A DNA stretch of 64,000 bases from Bdellovibrionales bacterium (GTDB lineage Bacteria; Bdellovibrionota; Bdellovibrionia; Bdellovibrionales; UBA1609). Position 1 is the first letter of the stretch. Every line of letters starts with the position of its first letter. The notes beneath the pieces were generated by a model, which was not told where the DNA came from, searched no databases, and was given only the letters and a program-made list of their open reading frames with translations. Below are positions 18,139-26,076 of the stretch, piece after piece. The position numbers and the translations under genes are program-made. The DNA is taken from NCBI GenBank assembly GCA_041690295.1, contig JAWLHR010000014.1:19664-83663 (forward strand). The letters run 5' to 3'.

Positions 18139-20459
18139 GAACCCAAACGCGCTCGGAATCCGGGAAACGTTTGCGTGCCTACCAAAAGAAGCGCGATTTC
18201 TCCAAGACCACCGAGCCCAAAGGTTCCAAAAGCGTGAATGTCTCCGGCTGGCCCCATCCCTGGTACGTGGTGCAAGAGCATCACGCCCGGCGCCTGCATT
18301 ATGATTTCCGTTTGGAACTCGACGGCGTTCTCAAAAGTTGGGCCGTGCCCAAAGGGCCTTCGCTGAATCCCAAAGACAAACGCCTGGCCATTGAAGTCGA
18401 GGACCATCCGTTGGATTACGCCATGTTTGAAGGCACGATCCCCGAAGGCGAATATGGCGCGGGCGAGGTCTACCAATGGGATCGCGGCCAGTGGTTTCCA
18501 CCGCCCGATGTTCACGAACAACTAAAAAAAGGACGCCTGGAGTTCACCTTGAAAGGCAAAAGACTGAGCGGCCGATGGCTGCTTGTGCGCACCAAGAGTG
18601 GTGAAAAGAAAAATCAATGGCTCCTGATTCGAAGGGAAAATAAAAAAAAATCATCCGAAACGCTCAAATTCATCCCGCCCCAGCTCGCACGCCTCGTTGA
18701 AACGCCGCCCGAAGGGAAGGATTGGATTCATGAAATCAAATTCGACGGGTATCGCATTCAAGCCCACATCCAAAGCGGAACCGTGCGCCTTTGGAGCCGA
18801 AACGGCAACGACTGGACGGAAAACTTTTCCGCCATCGCCAAAGCCATGCAATTCCCCGAAGACGTCACCGCCATTCTCGACGGTGAGGTCGTTTGGCAGG
18901 GACCCGATGGAAAAATCGATTTCCAAGCCCTGCAAAATTCCCTCGAAGCCAAGGACAGCGATCATTTGCTTTATTATGTTTTTGATCTCCTTTATCTGAA
19001 CCGCGAGGACTACCGCCTGCGCCCGCTCAAAGATAGAAAGGCGGAGCTGGAAAAGCTGATTCGAAAGATCAATCACAAACGCATCCGCTTCAGCGAAAGC
19101 TTCAAAGTTTCGGGCAAGGATTTTTACCGCGCGGCCTGCGCGCAAGGGCTTGAGGGCATTGTCAGTAAACGATTAAACGCTCTCTATGCCTCGGGACGAA
19201 ACGACAATTGGGTCAAGGTCAAATGTAAATTGGAACAGGAGTTCGTCATCGGCGGTTACACCGAACCGCGCGGTTCACGGATTGGGTTCGGCGCGCTTTT
19301 GCTCGGAGTTTATGAACATGGCCGATTGCGATACGCGGGCCGAGTCGGAACGGGATTCAATACTCAGCTGATTAAAGATATCAAAAAGAAGCTGGAGAAA
19401 ATCGAAACCAAGAAATCTCCTTTTGCCATCGACGCTCCCAAAGAACGCGGCGTGCATTGGGTCAAACCGGAGCTGGTTGCGGAAGTGGCCTTTTCCGAAT
19501 GGACTTCGGATCAACGGCTTCGCGCGCCGGTTTTTCGCGGATTGCGATCCGATAAACCGCCCGAGCAGATCGTGCGGGAGCGCCCGCAGGCGAAAAAGCA
19601 ATCGCTCAGTAATCCTGATAAGATCTATTTCAAAAAAGAAAAGATCACCAAAGAACAAGTCGCCGATTATTACCGCAAAGTCGCGCGCTGGATTTTACCC
19701 CATGTGATGGATCGCCCACTGGCGCTCGTGCGTTGCCCGGATGGAACGTCGGCGAGGAAATGTTTTTTTCAAAAACATAAAATGAAAGGCATGCCCGAAT
19801 CGATCGGCACTTTCGATCTCAAAGAAAAGGACGAAATCAAACAGGCCCTGACCATTCATCATGAAGAAGGGCTGGTAGGGCTTGTGCAATGGGGCACGAT
19901 TGAAATCCACACCTGGAATTGTCGTTATCAGCAGATCGAGCGCCCCGATCAAATCGTCATGGATTTCGATCCCGGCCCGGGAGTTTCGTGGAATGAGGTT
20001 CTGGAAGCCGCCTTCGAAATGAAATCCATTTTGGATCGATTGAAGCTTAAGTGTTTCACCAAACTCAGTGGCGGAAAAGGTATTCACGTCCATATTCCCT
20101 TTCAACCTCTTTACACTTGGGATCAGGTGAAATCGTTCGCACGGGCGCTCGCGGAAGAAGTCGAAGAACGCCGGCCCGATCGATACGTCACCAATATGAG
20201 CAAGCGTCTTCGTGAAAAACGCATTTTCGTGGACTACTTACGAAACGGTCGGGGGGCCACAGCCATTGCTCCCTATTGTCTGAGAGCTCGGGACGTGACG
20301 TCCGTCGCCATGCCACTCACCTGGAAACAATTGCGTCAAACCCGCGCGGCCGATGAATTTAACATGGCAAGGGCTTTGGATTGGCTCAAGCGGCGGCGGT
20401 CCGATCCCTGGAAAGACTACTTCGTCTCCCCGCCCGAATTGCCTTTTCTTAGCGTTTAG
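18135..20459 (+). CDS. ligD: DNA ligase D (phosphoesterase-ligase-polymerase)
   Basis: PE domain HHARRLHYDFRLE; ligase EIKFDGYR and EGIVSK; polymerase MDFDP, SGGKGIHV and VDYLRN. Confidence 0.95.
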   Translation: MRTQTRSESGKRLRAYQKKRDFSKTTEPKGSKSVNVSGWPHPWYVVQEHHARRLHYDFRLELDGVLKSWAVPKGPSLNPKDKRLAIEVEDHPLDYAMFEGTIPEGEYGAGEVYQWDRGQWFPPPDVHEQLKKGRLEFTLKGKRLSGRWLLVRTKSGEKKNQWLLIRRENKKKSSETLKFIPPQLARLVETPPEGKDWIHEIKFDGYRIQAHIQSGTVRLWSRNGNDWTENFSAIAKAMQFPEDVTAILDGEVVWQGPDGKIDFQALQNSLEAKDSDHLLYYVFDLLYLNREDYRLRPLKDRKAELEKLIRKINHKRIRFSESFKVSGKDFYRAACAQGLEGIVSKRLNALYASGRNDNWVKVKCKLEQEFVIGGYTEPRGSRIGFGALLLGVYEHGRLRYAGRVGTGFNTQLIKDIKKKLEKIETKKSPFAIDAPKERGVHWVKPELVAEVAFSEWTSDQRLRAPVFRGLRSDKPPEQIVRERPQAKKQSLSNPDKIYFKKEKITKEQVADYYRKVARWILPHVMDRPLALVRCPDGTSARKCFFQKHKMKGMPESIGTFDLKEKDEIKQALTIHHEEGLVGLVQWGTIEIHTWNCRYQQIERPDQIVMDFDPGPGVSWNEVLEAAFEMKSILDRLKLKCFTKLSGGKGIHVHIPFQPLYTWDQVKSFARALAEEVEERRPDRYVTNMSKRLREKRIFVDYLRNGRGATAIAPYCLRARDVTSVAMPLTWKQLRQTRAADEFNMARALDWLKRRRSDPWKDYFVSPPELPFLSV

Positions 20460-21447
20460 CGCGCGCGAGGGACTCTTGCGAGATTCGCCGAATGTCGGCG
20501 CCGGAAAAGTGGGGACTTCGCTCCATTAAATTAATTAGAGTTTGTTCCAATCGCGCTTGCTCGTCACCCGTGACCTTGAATTCGATCACTGGAGTTCGGG
20601 TTCGTACAAGTTTAAGCTCGTCGGGAGATAGCGCGAAAGATTCGGCATTGTTGGTGTAAGCCAGTTCCACCCACCCCAAACATAAGTAAGGCGAAGAGGG
20701 ATCATATCCACTTTCTTCGAGCCAACGGTGAACCTTATCCCATTCCTGACGCTGTTCGTCCAGGGTTCGAGAGGCGACTTGAAAGCTGAATGCGGGCGAC
20801 AAATGTCGTTGGGGATGAGCTTCATCACATGGTTGGCCCGTTAGGTAGGTATCCCGGACTCCTTTACCGGTAATGCAATACCTTAAATGAAGATATCCAG
20901 GCCTACGGAATTTAACAAAGTGAGTAAGCTCATTATCCTCAATCAGGATCTTGCGAACATTGGGGGCTTTGGAAGACGCTTCAATAAAACGATAATCCAC
21001 AGTGTGAGTCTGAGTCGTCGGAGTCCCAGTTCGAGTTGCGCCCTTCTGGCCCTCGTAAATGTGAATATCGCGATTGAGTTCATCCCAAGCGGCTCGGATC
21101 GCCTCAGCTCGTGTCTTATGACGAAGAAAATACGCCTCATCGACGATGGTGCGTTCATATACCGTATGCAACGCGTTTAACTCCGTCTGAGAATACTCTT
21201 TATCGGGATGAAGGGTGAAATCAAAGGTGCCCGGCTCGACCGAAGCTAAAAAATTGAAGTTCGAAAAAATCTTCGCTCGAACTTCGTTCGATGACTCTTT
21301 CGAAAGCGATTCAAAGATCTGCCTCTCAAGATAAAATTCCGGCTTTATATAGTAATACCAAACTAGAGCCGCCCATTTTAACGCCGGCGCATGATCTTGA
21401 ATCGTAAAGGGGATCCGTAAACTGTCGTAATTCAGAACGATTTGCAC
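20449..21447 (-). CDS. Hypothetical protein
   Basis: 332-aa ORF convergent with ligD; no family recognised with confidence. Confidence 0.65.
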   Translation of the reverse strand: MQIVLNYDSLRIPFTIQDHAPALKWAALVWYYYIKPEFYLERQIFESLSKESSNEVRAKIFSNFNFLASVEPGTFDFTLHPDKEYSQTELNALHTVYERTIVDEAYFLRHKTRAEAIRAAWDELNRDIHIYEGQKGATRTGTPTTQTHTVDYRFIEASSKAPNVRKILIEDNELTHFVKFRRPGYLHLRYCITGKGVRDTYLTGQPCDEAHPQRHLSPAFSFQVASRTLDEQRQEWDKVHRWLEESGYDPSSPYLCLGWVELAYTNNAESFALSPDELKLVRTRTPVIEFKVTGDEQARLEQTLINLMERSPHFSGADIRRISQESLARAKR

Positions 21448-21535
21448 GAGAGAAGTCTATCAATTGAGAGGAACCGACTCAAGCTACGGACCGACCTTTT
21501 TTAAAGTGAATTTCCGGATCGGCCGATGAGTTTTT

Positions 21536-21952
21536 GTGAGACTCCTGATTACTTTTCTCATTTTGATACCGCTCGGCGCCTCGGCTGACGATTTAAGTGA
21601 GCATGATTCCAAAGCTCTACAGGACACCAAGAGCTTTTTAAAAGACCGCAGCAGCCGCGATGCGTTTATTAAAAATGACAAGAAAGCCAAAGACGTGGAT
21701 GCCAAGGTCGAAGCCTTGGCCGGCTCCGGCCAAACCAAGGAAGAAATTTACGGACTGGCGGCCGAAGTTTTGGAAAGGATCGTTGCGGAAACCAAAGGGG
21801 ATCCGCAAAAGATGCAGCAACTGCTGCTCGAAGCCGAACAAAACCCTCAACAGTTTTACCAGAAATATATGAATGACCGGCAAAAGGCGAAGGTGCGCGA
21901 GATCGCCACCGATATTGAAAAGAGCGGCCGGATCAATCAACCGCCGCGCTGA
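21536..21952 (+). CDS. Secreted helical hypothetical protein
   Basis: Signal peptide MRLLITFLILIPLGASA. Confidence 0.75.
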   Translation: MRLLITFLILIPLGASADDLSEHDSKALQDTKSFLKDRSSRDAFIKNDKKAKDVDAKVEALAGSGQTKEEIYGLAAEVLERIVAETKGDPQKMQQLLLEAEQNPQQFYQKYMNDRQKAKVREIATDIEKSGRINQPPR

Positions 21953-22447
21953 TTACTCGTCACGAACGACCGCAAATTTGAATTTCGTGAATCCCGCGCT
22001 GGAGCCCGCGAGAATCACTGGGCTCAAAGCGGCGTAATCCAACTGGCGGTCCGCCACGATCACGAGGCCGTCCGAACTGGCCTTCTCCGCTCCACCATTG
22101 AGCGCTTTTAAATGATCCGCCAGGGCGGAGATCGCGATGCCTTTGTCATCGACAAAGACTTCGCCGGTCTCGCCCTCAATGCGGACCACAACCCCATTTT
22201 GGATGAACTGACTCGCTCGAGCCTCGGGCAATCGGATTTTATCCCCAACGTTCACATTATCTTGATTCGCCGAGTAATTGATGAGCAAGAAGATCACAAG
22301 AATCGAAAAGGCGTCCACCAGCGAAGTGAGCATCAAAGAGGCGAGCAATGTCCGCCGGTGCTTTTGACCGGTCGGCCGAATGCGCGACTGCCCCGCGATC
22401 GCCGACGCCAAGACTGATTTTTTTAATGGACTGGCTTCCGCTAACAT
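21953..22447 (-). CDS. ExbD / TolR family protein (AglS-like)
   Basis: LMLTSLVDAFSILVIFLL TM with conserved Asp; IVADRQLDY. Confidence 0.85.
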   Translation of the reverse strand: MLAEASPLKKSVLASAIAGQSRIRPTGQKHRRTLLASLMLTSLVDAFSILVIFLLINYSANQDNVNVGDKIRLPEARASQFIQNGVVVRIEGETGEVFVDDKGIAISALADHLKALNGGAEKASSDGLVIVADRQLDYAALSPVILAGSSAGFTKFKFAVVRDE

Positions 22448-22456
22448 AGCCCTTCC

Positions 22457-22927
22457 TTAAAGCGGCGCAATGCCGATTTGTTCCATGGCATTTCCACGAA
22501 ACTGCGCCATTAATTGAATCAAATCATCATATTTGGAATGCGGATTCGGAAGAATGAGCACGGTCTTCACGTCCGCGTTCCGGGCCGCGAAATTTTTAAT
22601 CCAGCGCTCGGTTTCAGCGAAATCAATTTTTCCCTGACGGCCGTTGATGGTCATCAAAGCCGCATTTCCCGAGACACCTTTGACATCTTTGACTTCAAAA
22701 CGCACTTGTCCGTCGCCGCCCAGAGAAACCATGACCGAGCCGGTTTTCTTTTCGGTTTTTTCCAGCGGTTCGGTTCCCACCGCCTGGTTCACGTGAAAAG
22801 ATCCTAAATTGATGAACACGGCGGTTAACAACAAAAAGCAGATACAGGTCGAAAGAACGTCGATGAATGGCACTAAGTTGAGTTCGAAGTTCATCCGCCG
22901 TTTGCGGTTTTTTCCTGTGACGTTCAC
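22457..22927 (-). CDS. ExbD / TolR family protein
   Basis: ELNLVPFIDVLSTCICFLL TM; YDDLIQLM. Confidence 0.88.
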   Translation of the reverse strand: MNVTGKNRKRRMNFELNLVPFIDVLSTCICFLLLTAVFINLGSFHVNQAVGTEPLEKTEKKTGSVMVSLGGDGQVRFEVKDVKGVSGNAALMTINGRQGKIDFAETERWIKNFAARNADVKTVLILPNPHSKYDDLIQLMAQFRGNAMEQIGIAPL

Positions 22928-22942
22928 AAGTGATCTCCGGTC

Positions 22943-23623
22943 TTACTTCCCGAGCGCCTTACGTGAAGGAACCGAGTCGTAATGAAAACCAAGTAAGTTA
23001 TAAATTCGCAGAGCGGCCTGAGTCATATCATCGGAAAGCTTGTTCACGCGGTTCTGAAGGACCGCGTACATGATCAGCGCGGGAATCGCCATGATCAAAC
23101 CGTAAGCGGTGGCGTGCATGGCCTCGGAAACACCTGAGGCGAGCATGGCCGCTTTGGTGATCTGATCAACTTCCGCGATCGACGCGAAGGAGCGGATCAT
23201 ACCGATGATCGTTCCCAAGAGTCCAAGCAACGTTCCCACGTTTCCAAGCATGGCCAGGAATTCCACGCGGGCTTCAAGTTGGCTTTGCTCACGGACCAAA
23301 ACTTCGTCCATTTTGGCCTGAACTTCCTCGCGTCCGCCCATATTCAGCGCGGCCAGCGAACCGGCTTCAACCACAGCGCGAAGGGGTGATTTTCGGCCGA
23401 GGTTTCGAGCCTGAAGGAGCACACGATCCAGATTTCCCTTTTTTATATCTGATTCAAAGAGACTGGCTTGCTGGCGCAAATTGGGTTTGCGCTGAATGTA
23501 CAGGCGGATAACCCGCTCAGCGATAATGGCCAGTGAGACCACCTGAGCGATGAATATCGGAAACATCCAGAATCCGCCGGTGGTAAAAAAATTAGCTATT
23601 GATCCGAAAAAGCTCGATTCCAT
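22943..23623 (-). CDS. MotA/TolQ/ExbB proton channel protein
   Basis: TLLGLLGTIIGMIRSF; GVSEAMHATAYGL. Confidence 0.92.
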   Translation of the reverse strand: MESSFFGSIANFFTTGGFWMFPIFIAQVVSLAIIAERVIRLYIQRKPNLRQQASLFESDIKKGNLDRVLLQARNLGRKSPLRAVVEAGSLAALNMGGREEVQAKMDEVLVREQSQLEARVEFLAMLGNVGTLLGLLGTIIGMIRSFASIAEVDQITKAAMLASGVSEAMHATAYGLIMAIPALIMYAVLQNRVNKLSDDMTQAALRIYNLLGFHYDSVPSRKALGK

Positions 23624-23670
23624 TTCGACTCCTCGTTGCGGCCCAACCGTGGGCGCCCGCCGGAGTCATC

Positions 23671-23685
23671 GCAAGTGGCATGCCA
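23671..23685 (-). promoter_or_regulatory. Sigma54 promoter of the tolQ-exbD-exbD operon
   Basis: Minus strand TGGCAT-GCCAC-TTGC; perfect inverted repeat AAGTGACG-N5-CGTCACTT at 23722-23742 just upstream. Confidence 0.65.
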
Positions 23686-23781
23686 TAGTGAGGTATCGGT
23701 TGGTTGGGTTTCAGATTCACAAAGTGACGGTTTACGTCACTTGTCCGCGAATAAAGTGCATGGTGGGGGCTTTCGCCAACT

Positions 23782-24144
23782 TTACGGGCAAGCGCTGCCG
23801 CCGGAGCTGTCCAGTTCGCAAGTGTAAGTGTTGATGTTCGCGCTTAAACCCACTTTTTCGGTTAAGCGGACTTTCACCTGAATTCGATCCGCCTTGCTGA
23901 TCTCAAGGCATTCATTACCTTTTTCCAGCGCCCTATCCTTGCAGGCTTGGCCACCTTTTATGGGTTTTTCTTCAGAGTCGATCAATGACGCGCATTTCTT
24001 GACGAGCTTTTTTGATTTAGCGTCCCGCGCGCTGAACTGCTCCACTTTGCAGAAGAACTGTCCTTCCGTCACAATCACATTCTGCGCGGAAGCCGTATAA
24101 GACATAAATAAAATCGCCCATGCGCTCATGAAATATTTTATCAT
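23782..24144 (-). CDS. Secreted hypothetical protein with 6 Cys
   Basis: Signal peptide; overlaps the stop of the upstream gene (ATGA). Confidence 0.7.
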   Translation of the reverse strand: MIKYFMSAWAILFMSYTASAQNVIVTEGQFFCKVEQFSARDAKSKKLVKKCASLIDSEEKPIKGGQACKDRALEKGNECLEISKADRIQVKVRLTEKVGLSANINTYTCELDSSGGSACP

Positions 24145-25607
24145 CGAACTCCTCCTGATTGTGATTCACCGATCGCCGTCACCTCGCTCACACAGTACTT
24201 TTCTAAATCTTTGACCTTGGCATCTTTGAAGACCTTCGCGTCCCAAGCCGCCCCCAGCAATGTCGGAAACTGGATGGGATCATCGGACGCGCCCAAAGAT
24301 TTCACGAGCTCCATGCACTGTTGAGGAGTCATTTTGGAATAGGTTGAAAGACTCTGGCGGAAGGTGCCCTTCAGCTGATCACATTTTTGATTGTAAAAGA
24401 GTCCGATAAGCGCTGCGAATTGACCCTTCACACTCTTTTCATCGCATCCCGTGCAACCGAGCCCGGGTGATTCGCCTATTTTCACCAAGTTCACAAAAAA
24501 CTTACGGTCCTCGCCTTTAATGACTTTACCCGCGCTGACGAACGCCAACGTCTCATCATCTATGAACACTGGATAGTAGGAGTCCTCCGTATCCACATCC
24601 TGAACGGGAACCATCCTTTTTTTCGCCCGATCAAAAAGAAAGACTCCCAATTGCGAAGCCCTCGACGGCGTTTTGAATGCGCCATCGGGAAAATTTCCAT
24701 TCTCGACGTGAAAGGCCAGCAATTTATTGTTCGGACTGAAATCCATTTTTCCGACCATCGCCGGAATACTATCCTTTTCCACACAACGTCCACGTGTCGC
24801 ATCGATGGCGTAAATCTTTGTGACTTCCTGGTCCGGCACATAAGTCGCGAATTCAGTTCCCGATTTATTCAAAACCGGCAAAGCCCCGGTAAAATTCTTG
24901 CCGCAGGCGCTTCGATAATTGGAAGCCCGCACGAATTTCGCGCCGCCGTCCTTGAATTTAAATACGTAATCTCGATAGCCGATACCGTCAGAACGTTCGA
25001 TCAGGACCCGGTAAGTCCCCTCGTCCCGGCCGGTCCGCAGGAGTCCTACGGATTGATAGGTGGCATCGATTTGACTATCGGAAAAAAATTCGACGTACTT
25101 GTCATTCGCTCCCTTCACGTAAAAATCCATGGCATTAATCCCGTGAAAGGCTCCCATCCGCCTCAAGTCCGCCGGTCGCAAATCCGACCTGAGTCGTTCA
25201 CCAGCCACCGCTTCTTGCTCAAAAACGGTGTCCCCCCTGACGCGAAATCGGATGCCCCCCGGCGGCGGATTAAAGGGATCGAGGATCTGGATGGTTCTCG
25301 TTCTCGGATCATAGTACTTGTACATTGGAACCGTCAGGAATCGGCCATCGGGTGAAAGAACGGGATCGATACGGCCAGGTGCCTCAATTAACTTTCCGGT
25401 GGCGAGATCTAAAATTCGATTTCCCGCATCCGTGGCGAATCCCAACTGACGCGTTTTCGGTGATCCGCGCATAAAATAGTTAACATCATCAGGCACGGGA
25501 TATCGACGCTCAATCTTGGCTTTGATCACATTGCCACAGAACTTCAAACTCGGCTCGAATCCGGCAAAAGAACTGATCGAAAATAAGAGCAGTGCGATCA
25601 CATTCAC
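24141..25607 (-). CDS. Secreted TolB-like beta-propeller protein
   Basis: Signal peptide; PD40-like blades DPVLSPDGRFLT, MDFSPNNKLLAF, YPVFIDDETLAF; Cys-rich helical tail. Confidence 0.65.
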   Translation of the reverse strand: MNVIALLLFSISSFAGFEPSLKFCGNVIKAKIERRYPVPDDVNYFMRGSPKTRQLGFATDAGNRILDLATGKLIEAPGRIDPVLSPDGRFLTVPMYKYYDPRTRTIQILDPFNPPPGGIRFRVRGDTVFEQEAVAGERLRSDLRPADLRRMGAFHGINAMDFYVKGANDKYVEFFSDSQIDATYQSVGLLRTGRDEGTYRVLIERSDGIGYRDYVFKFKDGGAKFVRASNYRSACGKNFTGALPVLNKSGTEFATYVPDQEVTKIYAIDATRGRCVEKDSIPAMVGKMDFSPNNKLLAFHVENGNFPDGAFKTPSRASQLGVFLFDRAKKRMVPVQDVDTEDSYYPVFIDDETLAFVSAGKVIKGEDRKFFVNLVKIGESPGLGCTGCDEKSVKGQFAALIGLFYNQKCDQLKGTFRQSLSTYSKMTPQQCMELVKSLGASDDPIQFPTLLGAAWDAKVFKDAKVKDLEKYCVSEVTAIGESQSGGVR

Positions 25608-26044
25608 TCGAGATACCTCTTCGCCAAACGCTCAAGTTGAGCGGTCGTCTTGTATCCCGGAACGATCGGCGCCAGTTGGCCTCCCGATCGACTGAAGATA
25701 TATGTGGGATAATGAATGCGGACACCTTTTTTCAAAAGTGTTTCCGATTTCACCTGGCGGCCGTAGGTTTCCGGCCAACCGTTTCGTTCAATAATTTGCT
25801 TAGCGAGTTTAGGATCGCAGTCGGGATCCAGTAACACGATGAGATCCGTGTTACTGGGGAAAGGCGCGAACTTAAGTTCTTCCAGTCCCCGTTGGGAAAG
25901 AACCATATGCGGTGACCAGGTGTAAAAAACGATGTTCCGGTTTTTGGCCTTCGCCGTTTGCATGGCCCGCGCGAAATCGTTTTCACTGAAGGCGAAGACC
26001 GGCGCGGAGATCAATAGCAGTATGGCGAGACAATGCCTCTTCAT
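25604..26044 (-). CDS. Secreted thioredoxin-fold-like protein lacking CxxC
   Basis: IVFYTWSPHM at the WCxxC position; GVRIHYPTYIF cis-Pro loop; PGYKT. Confidence 0.6.
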   Translation of the reverse strand: MKRHCLAILLLISAPVFAFSENDFARAMQTAKAKNRNIVFYTWSPHMVLSQRGLEELKFAPFPSNTDLIVLLDPDCDPKLAKQIIERNGWPETYGRQVKSETLLKKGVRIHYPTYIFSRSGGQLAPIVPGYKTTAQLERLAKRYLE

Positions 26045-26076
26045 ATAAAAATGATCGATGGTTCAAGGTTTGTCCG

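Noticed and set aside
18642..18650. A9 tract in ligD
   Set aside because: The reading frame is intact and the tract encodes a Lys-rich linker; no sign of a frameshift.
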